Assembly (NCBI GenBank): GCA_016839785.1
Contig: JAEOTQ010000034.1
Coordinates: 1,206-65,205, forward strand
From: Candidatus Hodarchaeota archaeon
GTDB taxonomy: Archaea > Asgardarchaeota > Heimdallarchaeia > Hodarchaeales > Hodarchaeaceae
Direction of reading: 5' to 3'
DNA: 64,000 nucleotides
In this document: in pieces, positions 1 to 10,061 of the stretch
How the letters are laid out: every line of letters begins with the position of its first letter
Position numbering within the stretch: the stretch's first letter is position 1
Position numbers and translations under genes: made by a program
Notes under the pieces: generated by a model
What the model was told of the DNA's origin: nothing
Database searches by the model: none
The model's input: the letters and a program-made list of their open reading frames with translations, nothing else

Positions 1-968
1 CTGCGGGTGGTAGAGTATTTACTTCATCTGCAAGCGCAGGCCTTATGCTAATGTATGAAATTTTACAAATTGCCTCCTCCTCACGTACTCCCATAGTATG
101 TGCAGTAGCGAACCGAGCAATATCTGGTCCCATCAACATTCATGGAGAGCAAACAGACCAACTTCTGTTCAGGGACAGTGGATGGATTAGTCAATTTGCT
201 GAAACAAACCAAGAAGCATATGATCAGACTATCATGGCTTTTAAAATTGGTGAACACCCTGAAGTTCTTCTTCCAGTAGCCGTTGGAATAGATGGATTTA
301 TTGTTTCTCACGCGATTGAAGGTATTGAACCAGTAACTAAGGATGCTGTCTCAAATTTTCTCGGAGGAGAACGTAAATCAAGTTTACGATTGGATCCTGA
401 TAATCCAGTAAGTATCGGTTTATTACACCTTCAGGATTATTATATGGAAGCTCGAGCACAAGTTAGAGATGCACAACAACGATCAAAACAAGTCATTTTT
501 GATACTTTCAACGACTGGAGAAAATTAACAGGTCGTGAATACAATCCCATTGAAAGCTACGAAATAGATGATGCAGATTATGCTTTTGTAACGATGGGAA
601 GTGGGGCTGGTAATGCCCGAACTGCGATTGATGAGCTACGTGCGAACGGTGAAAAGGTGGGTCTTATCAAAGTAAGAGTTTACCGTCCTTGGTTCGGAGA
701 AGAATTTTCAAATTTGACTAAAAACATAAAAGGTATAATTTCTGTTGAACGAGCACATTCTTTCGGAAGTCCTGGTGGTATTTTAGGACAAGATGTTAAA
801 TCTACACTATTTGATGCGAAACAAACTCCCTATATAGCAGAATATTGTTATGGATTAGGTGGTCGTGATTGTTTGGTTAAAGAATGGGTTGAGATCTATA
901 ATCGGTCAAAACAAGGCTTTAAGGAAGGTAAAAACCTTCCTTATTTCTGGTGGGGTGTCCGAGAATAG
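1..968 (+). CDS. porA: Pyruvate/2-oxoacid:ferredoxin oxidoreductase alpha subunit, C-terminal part (5' end lies outside the window; reading frame starts at nt 3)
   Basis: The frame is open from nt 3 (AGGRVFTSSASAGLMLMYE...), a typical POR-alpha core. It is followed directly by a TPP-binding beta subunit. Stop codon at 966-968. Confidence 0.8.
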   Translation, partial: AGGRVFTSSASAGLMLMYEILQIASSSRTPIVCAVANRAISGPINIHGEQTDQLLFRDSGWISQFAETNQEAYDQTIMAFKIGEHPEVLLPVAVGIDGFIVSHAIEGIEPVTKDAVSNFLGGERKSSLRLDPDNPVSIGLLHLQDYYMEARAQVRDAQQRSKQVIFDTFNDWRKLTGREYNPIESYEIDDADYAFVTMGSGAGNARTAIDELRANGEKVGLIKVRVYRPWFGEEFSNLTKNIKGIISVERAHSFGSPGGILGQDVKSTLFDAKQTPYIAEYCYGLGGRDCLVKEWVEIYNRSKQGFKEGKNLPYFWWGVRE

Positions 969-979
969 GAGGAAAAAAA

Positions 980-1927
980 ATGCCTACACTCAAAGAATAC
1001 GCAAAAAAAGAAGTTCATTTTTCTGGTGGACATCGATTATGTGCTGGTTGCGCTGCAGGATCAATGGCACGTCAAGTCACAATGGCTTTCGACAAACCTA
1101 CAGTAATCTGTAATGCTACTGGATGCTTAGAAGTCGCAAGCACAATTTACCCTTTTACCGCATGGAAAGTACCATGGTTACATGTAGCTTTTGAAAATAC
1201 ATCCGCAGTAGCTAGCGGAGTTGAAGCTGCATATAATGCTATGCGTCGCAAGGGTATGATTAAAGACGAACATATAGATATCGTAGCGTTCGGTGGTGAT
1301 GGTGGTACTTTTGACATCGGTTTGCAATCACTTTCAGGCGCATTGGAACGAGGTCATGATTTCCTCTATATCTGTTATGACAACGGAGCATATATGAATA
1401 CTGGAATTCAGCGTTCAGGTGGCACTCCATTTTCTGCAAGCACTACAACATCCCCCGCAGGATCTGTTGTACCAGGGAAAGGCCAATTTAAGAAACCTCT
1501 TGTTGATATTGTAGTTGCGCATAGAATTCCATTCGTTGCAACTGCAGTTCCTGCAGAGCCCAAAGATCTAATCGAAAAAGTTCGACAAGGATTAGATGTA
1601 GAAGGGCCAGCTTTTATCCATGTAGATGCATCCTGCACTCGTGGTCAGCGATTTGACCCTACTCTTTCTATCGAAATGACCAGATTAGTGGTTGAAACAT
1701 GTGTTCATCCTCTATACCGTGTTGTAAACGGAGAGTATCAGATGGATCGGCCTAGTCTTCGTATTGCTAATGATTCGAGCAAGAAAAAGCCCATTGAGGA
1801 ATATTTAAAAGCTCAGGGTCGATTTAGACATCTCTACAAACCTGAAAGACGTGACGATTTAATAAAGATGTTCCAAGAAGACGTTGATAAACGGTGGGAA
1901 GAAATCAAGGCAAAATGTGGAGTTTAA
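980..1927 (+). CDS. porB: Pyruvate/2-oxoacid:ferredoxin oxidoreductase beta subunit (TPP-binding)
   Basis: MPTLKEYAK..GHRLCAGCAAG.. and GGDGGTFDIG (TPP GDG motif). A GGAGG lies at 968-972, 8 nt before the ATG at 980; the track start at 950 is probably too far upstream. Confidence 0.85.
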   Translation: MPTLKEYAKKEVHFSGGHRLCAGCAAGSMARQVTMAFDKPTVICNATGCLEVASTIYPFTAWKVPWLHVAFENTSAVASGVEAAYNAMRRKGMIKDEHIDIVAFGGDGGTFDIGLQSLSGALERGHDFLYICYDNGAYMNTGIQRSGGTPFSASTTTSPAGSVVPGKGQFKKPLVDIVVAHRIPFVATAVPAEPKDLIEKVRQGLDVEGPAFIHVDASCTRGQRFDPTLSIEMTRLVVETCVHPLYRVVNGEYQMDRPSLRIANDSSKKKPIEEYLKAQGRFRHLYKPERRDDLIKMFQEDVDKRWEEIKAKCGV

Positions 1928-1945
1928 ATACTCCTCTTCATTTCC

Positions 1946-1954
1946 TTTTTTTTT
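1946..1954 (+). terminator. Oligo-T tract (T9) just downstream of porB; candidate archaeal intrinsic terminator
   Basis: A run of nine T begins 19 nt after the porB stop. Archaeal RNAP terminates at oligo-T tracts. Confidence 0.35.
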
Positions 1955-2047
1955 CATTTTTCCTGTATAAAGTTTTTAACATTGTAGCGTCAGCTAGCTT
2001 TTGGTTCTACAAATCATTCACATATCAAAAATTGGAAAGGAAAATAA

Positions 2048-2218
2048 ATGGAAATTGATGGAATTTCGGTTCAACAAACAGCTACAGGCCTTCAACTTAT
2101 CTTGGAAGGAGATCTTTACAAATCTATTGCTGCAAAATGGGAACAGGGACATTTTCGTCCTTTTTACTCACTTTTAAAGGATTTTATCAAAGCACTTAAT
2201 GATTCGCAAATAGATTAA
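2048..2218 (+). CDS. Small hypothetical protein (56 aa), not in the supplied ORF track
   Basis: ATG at 2048 preceded by a purine-rich GGAAAGG. Translation is MEIDGISVQQTATGLQLILEGDLYKSIAAKWEQGHFRPFYSLLKDFIKALNDSQID. No recognisable domain. Confidence 0.25.
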   Translation: MEIDGISVQQTATGLQLILEGDLYKSIAAKWEQGHFRPFYSLLKDFIKALNDSQID

Positions 2219-2221
2219 CAT

Positions 2222-2617
2222 TTACCAATCGTATGGAGAAGCTCCATCAATGAGCTCTCCTTCAAAAAGAAGAAGTAATTCGTATATTTCATTACATGCT
2301 TCTTGATTCTCAGGAGATAAGGGGTGAGAGATCTGAAGATTTATAACAAGAATATCGTCTTTCCAATCAACACGTAACCTAATACTTTCATTCTTGTAGA
2401 GGATGTGAAAAGTCGGGACTTTCTCCGAATATTGATATTTTATCTCATGTTCTCGTAAAATACTCTTTAAATCTTCCTTAAAATTGTTCCACTCGGATTT
2501 ATCGTTAAATTTAAGTGTAAAAAACTGTATTTCTTCTTCGTTATTCAATATAAATTCGACTCCTCTTTGTGTAGATGAACTTGGTAATTTCCTGTCCGAC
2601 TTGAACTGGAGATTCAT
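2222..2617 (-). CDS. Hypothetical protein
   Basis: 131-aa ORF that overlaps the upstream hydrolase gene by 77 nt. An internal TTG near 2548, preceded by GAGGAG, would overlap the upstream stop by only a few nt and may be the true start. Confidence 0.45.
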   Translation of the reverse strand: MNLQFKSDRKLPSSSTQRGVEFILNNEEEIQFFTLKFNDKSEWNNFKEDLKSILREHEIKYQYSEKVPTFHILYKNESIRLRVDWKDDILVINLQISHPLSPENQEACNEIYELLLLFEGELIDGASPYDW

Positions 2618-3905
2618 AGGGGAACATGTGACCTCCAGGAATAGTTTTATGATAAAAATACTCTCTAGGTAAAATTCCTATCATCTCTTCTCTCAACTCA
2701 ACAGGTATTAGTTGATCCTCCTTTCCCCATAGAGCTAAGAGTGGTTTTTTAATTCCTTCTAACATTGCTAGATAATCGAATTTTGGCAAGAAATCTCTAA
2801 AAATGTTTGAATAGACTTTATCAGGAATTGTAAAAGCCTCTTTCACGTATGATTGAGCAATTTCTGAAGGACACGATTTTGCAAAAAGAACTTTTGGGGC
2901 CATTTTTTTCACCTGTCCTTTGAATGGTCCCCATAGCTTCGCAGGAGGTAAAGCTTTTACTCCATTTCTAAAGGTCTTGGGGGCACGATGAAGCCCTGAT
3001 AGAATCACAAATTTCTCAATGTTTTCATACTCTTCCTTCATGAACTCATCAAAAATTACTGCTGACATAAGTGAATGAGCTCCTAGGATAACCTTCTTAT
3101 TTGGGGCTAGAAACTCTATTGTATGTTTTATATCCTCAATATAATTCTTCAACTTAAATTCGGTATCTTGCTCTATCGGGGAAGTAAATCCTCTAATACC
3201 AAGATAAACCACATTAAAATTACCCTTTGTTAGAATTTTATTCATTGGGAATAAACCTTCCAATTTCCCTCCTAGGGGTGAAAGCATAATGAAGGTGCTT
3301 TCGAACTTATTCGTTGATTGATAATAACGAACTACTCTATTATGTAACGAAACTTCCTGAGTCTCATATTCTGGGGGTGGATCAAGTGTTTTAAGAATCT
3401 TCGTTCCGAAGGATTTCGGTTTCTTTGTTAGAAAACGTAGCTGGGAGGTTACATCATCAAAGAGATGCTGTAATTGCTCAACTGGTTTCATCAACAATGT
3501 TGAAAGAGCTTTAACAATATCAGGCTCTTGTGAGGATTCTTTATCTTCAATAGTCTGCTTATTATCTTCTTGAAAACGGAGAATTTTATTTGAAATGGTA
3601 TCTATTTCAACTAAATTAAATGAGAAGAGAGGTTTTATTGCATTAGGGGTATTATCGAAAGTAAATTCAAGAAATTCATATTTTTTGAGTTTTTTTCTCC
3701 TTTCGACTTTATTTATTGCCAGTAAGTATTGAATAGGATAACTAACAAGTATAAATGGAGCATTTTCAGCTTCTTTTGTCTGAACTGCAAATTCCAGCCT
3801 AGATTTTTCTATATTTATTCTCAATATTCCATGACGTCTATTTTGAAGTCGTGAATCTCCCTCATGGTAAGTAGCCAACCATTCATCCCCAAAGGTTTCA
3901 TTCAT
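2541..3905 (-). CDS. Alpha/beta-fold hydrolase with an uncharacterised ~200-aa N-terminal domain
   Basis: The C-terminal half has a nucleophile-elbow-like GAHSLMS, and a late GGHMFPYESP (catalytic His region) typical of alpha/beta hydrolases. The N-terminal half has no motif I recognise. Confidence 0.6.
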   Translation of the reverse strand: MNETFGDEWLATYHEGDSRLQNRRHGILRINIEKSRLEFAVQTKEAENAPFILVSYPIQYLLAINKVERRKKLKKYEFLEFTFDNTPNAIKPLFSFNLVEIDTISNKILRFQEDNKQTIEDKESSQEPDIVKALSTLLMKPVEQLQHLFDDVTSQLRFLTKKPKSFGTKILKTLDPPPEYETQEVSLHNRVVRYYQSTNKFESTFIMLSPLGGKLEGLFPMNKILTKGNFNVVYLGIRGFTSPIEQDTEFKLKNYIEDIKHTIEFLAPNKKVILGAHSLMSAVIFDEFMKEEYENIEKFVILSGLHRAPKTFRNGVKALPPAKLWGPFKGQVKKMAPKVLFAKSCPSEIAQSYVKEAFTIPDKVYSNIFRDFLPKFDYLAMLEGIKKPLLALWGKEDQLIPVELREEMIGILPREYFYHKTIPGGHMFPYESPVQVGQEITKFIYTKRSRIYIE

Positions 3906-3925
3906 TTTTCTACATCCAGACGGTA

Positions 3926-4267
3926 TTATTTAAAGGGTATGATGCAAAGGAAGATTAGCTCGCGATTTCCATAGTTCTTATATCCATGGGGTTCATTCGA
4001 AGGGACAAATAATGTATCGTTTGCTTTTATATTGAATTTTTCTCCTGAGTCGTTGAAAACAAACCCTTCTCCTGAAAGAATAAAGATCTCATGTTCTTCA
4101 TAGTGGTCATGGATTCCTATTTGGCCTCCAGGTTCGATCACAAATCTTCGAAGAGCAAAATTTGGTGCTCCATCTTCTTTCGACCACAACCATTGAATAG
4201 ACGTGCCAGTTGAACCATACATCGTTATTTTCTCGGATTTAATGTTCATACTCTCTTTTATTTTCAT
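3926..4267 (-). CDS. Cupin-domain protein
   Basis: 113 aa with GGQIGIHDHYEEHEIFILSGEG ... PSNEPHGYKN, the two-motif cupin metal-binding signature. Confidence 0.7.
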   Translation of the reverse strand: MKIKESMNIKSEKITMYGSTGTSIQWLWSKEDGAPNFALRRFVIEPGGQIGIHDHYEEHEIFILSGEGFVFNDSGEKFNIKANDTLFVPSNEPHGYKNYGNRELIFLCIIPFK

Positions 4268-4608
4268 AATAGAAGTCTCCAGCGTTTTTTATTGGATATA
4301 TTTCTCAGAAAACGGTTTCACTTTCATAGATAATGATTATTTGACGGATTCTACGATTCTGCTCTTTTCCCAATGTTTTTCAAAAGATTCTTACGCGACA
4401 TTGGACATAGTTCCTGATACTGCTCTCATTGAGATATTTAAAGCTTCTTTACCTACATTTTCTTTTACAACTTTCCATAGCTTCCTCATTCACATCCCGA
4501 AAGAACTTTATCCACTGATAAAAAAAGGATTCGTATTCGGGCACAGAAACAAATGCTATTGGATAGCGAGAATACTTCTCCTCTCCTTTTTAAAATGACA
4601 AGTTCGAG

Positions 4609-7197
4609 ATGAAAAAAATGCATTCTTGGCATAATATTGTTAAACCATATCCATTCTTAGAATCTTTGGGTAAACGGGAGGATTTGTTTGCAGCAGATTT
4701 GGGTGATGTCTTAACAGGAGTAGCCCATCCAATCTATCTAAATCCTGAAATTTTTGTTAAAACTACCCACTTTACAAGCGGTTTAGTTCAGTTTCTTGAA
4801 TCTATTCAGAGAAAAATTACAACAGGTGAAGGTAATAGTGTAATCAGGCTACAAGCACAATTTGGTGGAGGAAAAACTCATTGTTTAATTGCTGCTCATC
4901 ATTTTCTGACTAATGGAAAATTTTTTACAGAAAAATTATCTGTAGATTCCCTAATGTCCCGCCCAAAAGTTGTGAGTATTATTGGAACGCATCTTAACCC
5001 TTTAGAGGGACGTCAAGAGCAAGATAGTCGAATTTATACACCTTGGGGAGAGCTAGCTTATCAACTTGGAGGAGTTGTAGGTTTTGAATCTTTGAAAGAA
5101 AACGACCAAAAACGTATTTCACCTGGTAAAGCAAGTCTTTATACTCTTTTGTCCTCATCAGATCCTTCTGTCATATTGTTAGATGAAATTACAGAATTTA
5201 TTGCGAAAGCAAAAGGAGTGAAAGTTAATGACTCTAATCTAGGTCTCCAGACACTAATTTTTCTCCAAGAGTTAACTGATTGTATACGTTCACTTGATAA
5301 GTCGATTTTAATAATTTCTCTACCTGACAAAGAATACGAAACCACCAATGGTGATGAACCACTCCTTATTGAGATTGATCAAATCTTAGGTCGTCTCGCG
5401 TCCACAGCTATTCCCTCAGATCGAGCCGATCTTTACCAGATAATCCAGAAAAAATTGATAGATGAGGTTTTACAAAGTGAGGAAATGATAAAAGTAGTAG
5501 ATACTTTTTCCCAGACTTATACGAATAATAAAAGGGATTTTCCTGCTGCTACATCTTCTACTAAGTTCAAATCATTATTAATGAAGTCTTACCCTTTTCA
5601 TCCGGCAACAATTGATATTCTAATCGATAAATGGAATAAGCTGCCATCTTTTCAGGGTACTCGGACTATATTAAGTACTTTGGCGAAAATCCTGGAAGAA
5701 TTAAGAATAGATCAATATAATGCGTTAATAATAAGTCCTTCAGATATCAATTTCACCAAAAATACCCAAAGTTTACTTTTTTTCCGTCACCTCCCATCAG
5801 GGCACGAAGAAATCTTAATTCATGAATTGAATATAATTCAAAATCTAGACCACTCAAAAATTCTATCTGATAATTGGAAAGAAATTAGTAAAAATATTAT
5901 TTCTACCATATTTTTAAACTCAATTAATATCGCGGTATATCATGGTGCTTCACTCCAAGAAATCAACTTAGCAGTTTGGAAACCAGGTATAAATCTAGCA
6001 TTAATCGCAGATGTGCTTGATTCCCTCACACAAACATCAGAGTTCCTTCATAAAAAAGATAACAGATATTTTCTTTCTGAGATTCCAAATGTGAATCACA
6101 GAATTCAAGAATTAAAAGATAAATTCGAAAATGATGCACTACGAGAAATTGAAAATGATTTCATCTCACAAACAACCGATTATCCCATAAAAATCTATGT
6201 TTGGCCAAAATCTTCAGATCTTATCCCTGATGATCCAGGATTAAAACTCGTGTTATTCGCGCCTCATACAGAAGAGTCGAACTACGATTCATGGATTAGA
6301 TTTTGGGGAAATAAATTTCGCAAATATCAGAATACTATTTTGATTGGCCAGATTAATATGATTAATCTGGACAGATTGAAAAATACAATTCAAGAGAAAC
6401 TTGCTGTTCAGATTGTTCTCCAGAATTTAAAAGATGATTCTCTCTACGTTGAAGAGCATCAAATGTTAAGATCCAGACTTTTAACATTGAATAATAAAAA
6501 AGAACATCTACTGAACCGTCTTTATTTAGATTTTACTGACAGTATCCACCGATATCAGCTAACTCCACCAAAGAAATCAGAACATACATCTATCAAATGG
6601 ATAGTTCAAGAACTTATCTTAAACGAGGTTATTGTTGAAGAACTCCATCCAACATATATTAAAGACTCTTTCTTGAACAAATTAAGTAAAATTGATACAC
6701 ACAGTTTATTAGATCAATTCTTGAAAGATCTTCATATGCCTAAACTGTTAAATAAGCAAATCCTACAGAAAACACTATCTGAAGGATTTGAAGATATGAT
6801 ATTCTCTTTTGAAGACACATCAGCTCCTCAAAACAGGCCAAAATCCCCTCATGAAAAACATTTTCCTGATATCATTTCATTCAAAGAGACAGAATATATA
6901 GTACTGCCGAACCAAGCTAAAAACCAATTAAGCGAGACAAGAACTCTAGTAGTTGATAAAACAATTAAAAACAAAGGTCTATCATTTCATTTTTCACACC
7001 TCAAGCCTATAGACCTTCGATCATTAATGATAGGCATACTAGAACCTTTGGAAAGGGAAGAGGAAAATTTACAGCTGGAAATTACTATCAATTTAATGAA
7101 TCCTCAAAATATATCCAACAAAATGACTTTATCTTTGCTGAAAGAGACAGTAAGTCAAGTTGGAGGCATAATCCACGATTATAATACCAATGAATAA
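4609..7197 (+). CDS. DUF499/COG1483-type P-loop ATPase (BrxC/PglY-related family)
   Basis: N-terminus W.NIVKP...DLFAADLGDV..G.A.P.Y..PE.F...T..T.GL followed by FGGGKTH (Walker A). This is the characteristic DUF499 layout as I recall it. Confidence 0.6.
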   Translation: MKKMHSWHNIVKPYPFLESLGKREDLFAADLGDVLTGVAHPIYLNPEIFVKTTHFTSGLVQFLESIQRKITTGEGNSVIRLQAQFGGGKTHCLIAAHHFLTNGKFFTEKLSVDSLMSRPKVVSIIGTHLNPLEGRQEQDSRIYTPWGELAYQLGGVVGFESLKENDQKRISPGKASLYTLLSSSDPSVILLDEITEFIAKAKGVKVNDSNLGLQTLIFLQELTDCIRSLDKSILIISLPDKEYETTNGDEPLLIEIDQILGRLASTAIPSDRADLYQIIQKKLIDEVLQSEEMIKVVDTFSQTYTNNKRDFPAATSSTKFKSLLMKSYPFHPATIDILIDKWNKLPSFQGTRTILSTLAKILEELRIDQYNALIISPSDINFTKNTQSLLFFRHLPSGHEEILIHELNIIQNLDHSKILSDNWKEISKNIISTIFLNSINIAVYHGASLQEINLAVWKPGINLALIADVLDSLTQTSEFLHKKDNRYFLSEIPNVNHRIQELKDKFENDALREIENDFISQTTDYPIKIYVWPKSSDLIPDDPGLKLVLFAPHTEESNYDSWIRFWGNKFRKYQNTILIGQINMINLDRLKNTIQEKLAVQIVLQNLKDDSLYVEEHQMLRSRLLTLNNKKEHLLNRLYLDFTDSIHRYQLTPPKKSEHTSIKWIVQELILNEVIVEELHPTYIKDSFLNKLSKIDTHSLLDQFLKDLHMPKLLNKQILQKTLSEGFEDMIFSFEDTSAPQNRPKSPHEKHFPDIISFKETEYIVLPNQAKNQLSETRTLVVDKTIKNKGLSFHFSHLKPIDLRSLMIGILEPLEREEENLQLEITINLMNPQNISNKMTLSLLKETVSQVGGIIHDYNTNE

Positions 7198-7210
7198 GAA
7201 GTAAACTGAA

Positions 7211-9043
7211 TTAGTTCTGTTTATCAGGATTGGAATTGAAATGAAGAAAGATTTTTTCACCGATTAATCTATTTATCCCCCCTACTTGACATAATTCCTC
7301 TACACTAGCATTTTTAATTTTCTCAATACTACCGAAAAATGTAAGTAAATTCTTCCTCCTTTTTGCTCCTACGCCAGGAATATTATCCAATCCAGACTTC
7401 TCTTGAAGTACACGTCTTTTTTTATGATATGTAATCGCGAAACGATGGGCTTCATCTCGAGTTTGCTTTAATAGTCTCAGACCTGGACTATCATCAGGAA
7501 AAGGTACTGGTGATTTTCTCTGGGGAAGAAAAATTTCTTCTTCTCTTTTTGCTAACCCAATAACAGGTATTTTAAGTTTTAAAGAAGATAAAATCTTTCC
7601 AATTGCATTAACTTGTGGTTTTCCTCCATCTACTACAATCAAATCTGGTAAATTCTCAGCAAACTTTTTGTCTTTATGTTCTAGGCGACGAAGCAGAACT
7701 TCTTGCATCATTGCTACATCATTCGGCTCAGAAGGTAATGATTTGATCTTAAACTTACGATACTGAGATTTTTGAGGTATACCGTCGGAAAACACGACCA
7801 TAGATCCAACTGGTAATTGACCTTGGAGATTTGAAATATCATAGGTTTCAATTCTACTTGGTAGATCACTTAAATCTAAACGATTTTTCAGTTCTTTTAA
7901 CGCTTCTACTTGAATTTCTAACTTTTTTTTCTCCGTACGAACCTTTTCTCCAAGCTTGAACCTATGTTTCAGAATTATCGGTTTAAACAAATTATCTTCA
8001 CATACGTTAGGCTTATACTGCAATTGAATGGTTCTTCCTTGCCTTTTAGACAACCAGATCTCCAAAGTTTCTTGATCTTCACTTAAATCTACTGAAGATT
8101 CAATAATCAAAGGTATAAAGTCAGAATCGAGATAGAAGTTTTGAATGTAGCTTCTAACGATTTCCTCCTCTGATAAAGAACTTAGTTTTCCCCAATTCCT
8201 TTCATCTATGTTCACTATTTCACCATTTTGTACCCAAAAATTTAGTAAAAGATAATTATCATCTTCTGAAAGGAGTATTACAATATCTTTGTCTCTTGGG
8301 ATCGTTAAACTTTTCTGTGAGGCGATAGTACGCTCAATCTGAGAAATCCTATCACGGGTTTTTGCTGCACCTTCAAAATCTAGATTATCTGCTTGACTAT
8401 TCATCTCACTATACAATATCTCAAGTAGATCCTTTCTTTTTCCTTGCAGAAAAAGAATTAGTTCATCAACGATCTTTTGGTAATTATTCAAAGAAATTTT
8501 TCCTACACACGGTGCACTACACCTCTTAATGGAAAAGTCCAAACAAGCTTTCTTAGTTCTAAAACAATAAGTTTTGTTTGCAATTGGAAATATGCGTCGA
8601 AGAACTCGTACGGAAGATCGTAATGCGGTGACATCCTTTTTGCGACCAAAAAACCAATCATGGGAATTAAAAGCACTTCGAACCACAAAGAGGCGACTGA
8701 ATTTTTCTTCCTCTGATGGAACCGTAATTTGGACAAGTGGATAATCCTTATCATCCTTCCAGTCGATATTATATCGAGGATGGTGAATTCGGATTAGATC
8801 TCTTTCACGTATGAATGCTGCTTCTTTAGAATCGTGAATCTCATAATCAAAAGACTTGATATTAGAAACTAACTTACGAGTTTTAATATCTGCAATATCA
8901 CGTCGGAAATATGAGCTTACTCGTTTTTTCAAATCCTTTGCGGCTCCTACATAAATAACTTTCCCTGATTCATCCAGCATGAGATATACACCAGGACGAT
9001 GAGGTAGTTGTGCCAGATCAGTTTGCAATGTAGGAGTGTTCAC
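7211..9043 (-). CDS. uvrC: Excinuclease ABC subunit C
   Basis: GIY-YIG N-terminus (PGVYLMLDESGKVIYVGAAKDLKKRVSSYF), UvrBC-interaction region, RNase H-like endonuclease domain and C-terminal HhH (GVGAKRRKNLLTFFGS). Confidence 0.9.
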   Translation of the reverse strand: MNTPTLQTDLAQLPHRPGVYLMLDESGKVIYVGAAKDLKKRVSSYFRRDIADIKTRKLVSNIKSFDYEIHDSKEAAFIRERDLIRIHHPRYNIDWKDDKDYPLVQITVPSEEEKFSRLFVVRSAFNSHDWFFGRKKDVTALRSSVRVLRRIFPIANKTYCFRTKKACLDFSIKRCSAPCVGKISLNNYQKIVDELILFLQGKRKDLLEILYSEMNSQADNLDFEGAAKTRDRISQIERTIASQKSLTIPRDKDIVILLSEDDNYLLLNFWVQNGEIVNIDERNWGKLSSLSEEEIVRSYIQNFYLDSDFIPLIIESSVDLSEDQETLEIWLSKRQGRTIQLQYKPNVCEDNLFKPIILKHRFKLGEKVRTEKKKLEIQVEALKELKNRLDLSDLPSRIETYDISNLQGQLPVGSMVVFSDGIPQKSQYRKFKIKSLPSEPNDVAMMQEVLLRRLEHKDKKFAENLPDLIVVDGGKPQVNAIGKILSSLKLKIPVIGLAKREEEIFLPQRKSPVPFPDDSPGLRLLKQTRDEAHRFAITYHKKRRVLQEKSGLDNIPGVGAKRRKNLLTFFGSIEKIKNASVEELCQVGGINRLIGEKIFLHFNSNPDKQN

Positions 9044-9207
9044 TCATATCATATCCTTTTTGATCTTTTAAAGATATATTCTTAGAATTTATTGGTTTTT
9101 TCTATGTTGTCAGAAATGATATAAAATATAAGAGGTGATCCCCGAATTCAATAAAAGCCTAATTCCCCTCAATACGAAACGAAAAAAACATTTAACAGAT
9201 AAGTTCT

Positions 9208-10047
9208 ATGGGGATCTTTACTGTGGAAAAGGAAAAACGATATTTTTTCATGTGCCCACCTTTTGAGATAGTGGGAAGGAAAAAACAACTTGTCGTAGGT
9301 CGACGAGGACACTTCGAAATATCCCAAAATCTGGTACAATATAAGCTTGCTAACTCTGTAACCGATTTTTTGGTCTTACATCCTGCAGAAGGTATCGGAG
9401 AATTTACCGAACTTCCACCTGAATCGAATTTTGATAGTTTCCATCTTTTCCGACAAATAATTTCAGGAAGATCGGAAATAAACTTTTTACCGCGCAGTTC
9501 AAATCAAAAACAAACCAGAACTGTACTTGATTTTATATATGGAAATATGTTGCCATTTATTGATAATGAAATGGGACCAGGCTTTTATAATTTGCGCTCG
9601 TTACATCCTAATGTATACGAAGAATTTTATAAATTAGCAGAACAACAAGAAGATTCAATTACAACGACTATTGCGACTTTTGATAAGAATGTGTTTGTTC
9701 CATTCAAACAACGAGTTATCGGGGCATATCATACGGATGAAGAAGCGGATGAAGAAAAATCAAAATTAGCTCTCGACGTAATTAATAGAGATTTTCCCCA
9801 ATTTTTAAACCTACATCAGGATCTTCAAACAATATTATTCAACCAAGCATCACTTATCTCAGAATACCAAAGTATATCATTCAGTATAATCAGTCCTTTA
9901 CTTAGAAAATTCCGTATGTTAAATACGTTACAGTCAACAATAGTAACTGAAAAGAAAAAAAAGGGAATAGAATTAAAGTTTGAACCTCAAACTTTTTCCA
10001 TCAACGAAGTTGTGGAACTTCTCTCGCCTTCAGTGATCCCCAGATAA
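9208..10047 (+). CDS. Hypothetical protein
   Basis: 279-aa ORF with no recognisable motif. Convergent with the small GTPase gene. Confidence 0.4.
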   Translation: MGIFTVEKEKRYFFMCPPFEIVGRKKQLVVGRRGHFEISQNLVQYKLANSVTDFLVLHPAEGIGEFTELPPESNFDSFHLFRQIISGRSEINFLPRSSNQKQTRTVLDFIYGNMLPFIDNEMGPGFYNLRSLHPNVYEEFYKLAEQQEDSITTTIATFDKNVFVPFKQRVIGAYHTDEEADEEKSKLALDVINRDFPQFLNLHQDLQTILFNQASLISEYQSISFSIISPLLRKFRMLNTLQSTIVTEKKKKGIELKFEPQTFSINEVVELLSPSVIPR

Positions 10048-10061
10048 GAGAAAGAGAGTTC

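Noticed and set aside
4203-4598. 131-aa plus-strand ORF in the cupin/DUF499 divergent intergenic region
   Set aside because: Its 5' end overlaps the cupin gene start in antisense. Its composition is Phe/Ile/Ser-rich, typical of AT-rich non-coding DNA, with no RBS or motif. It is more likely a shared promoter region.
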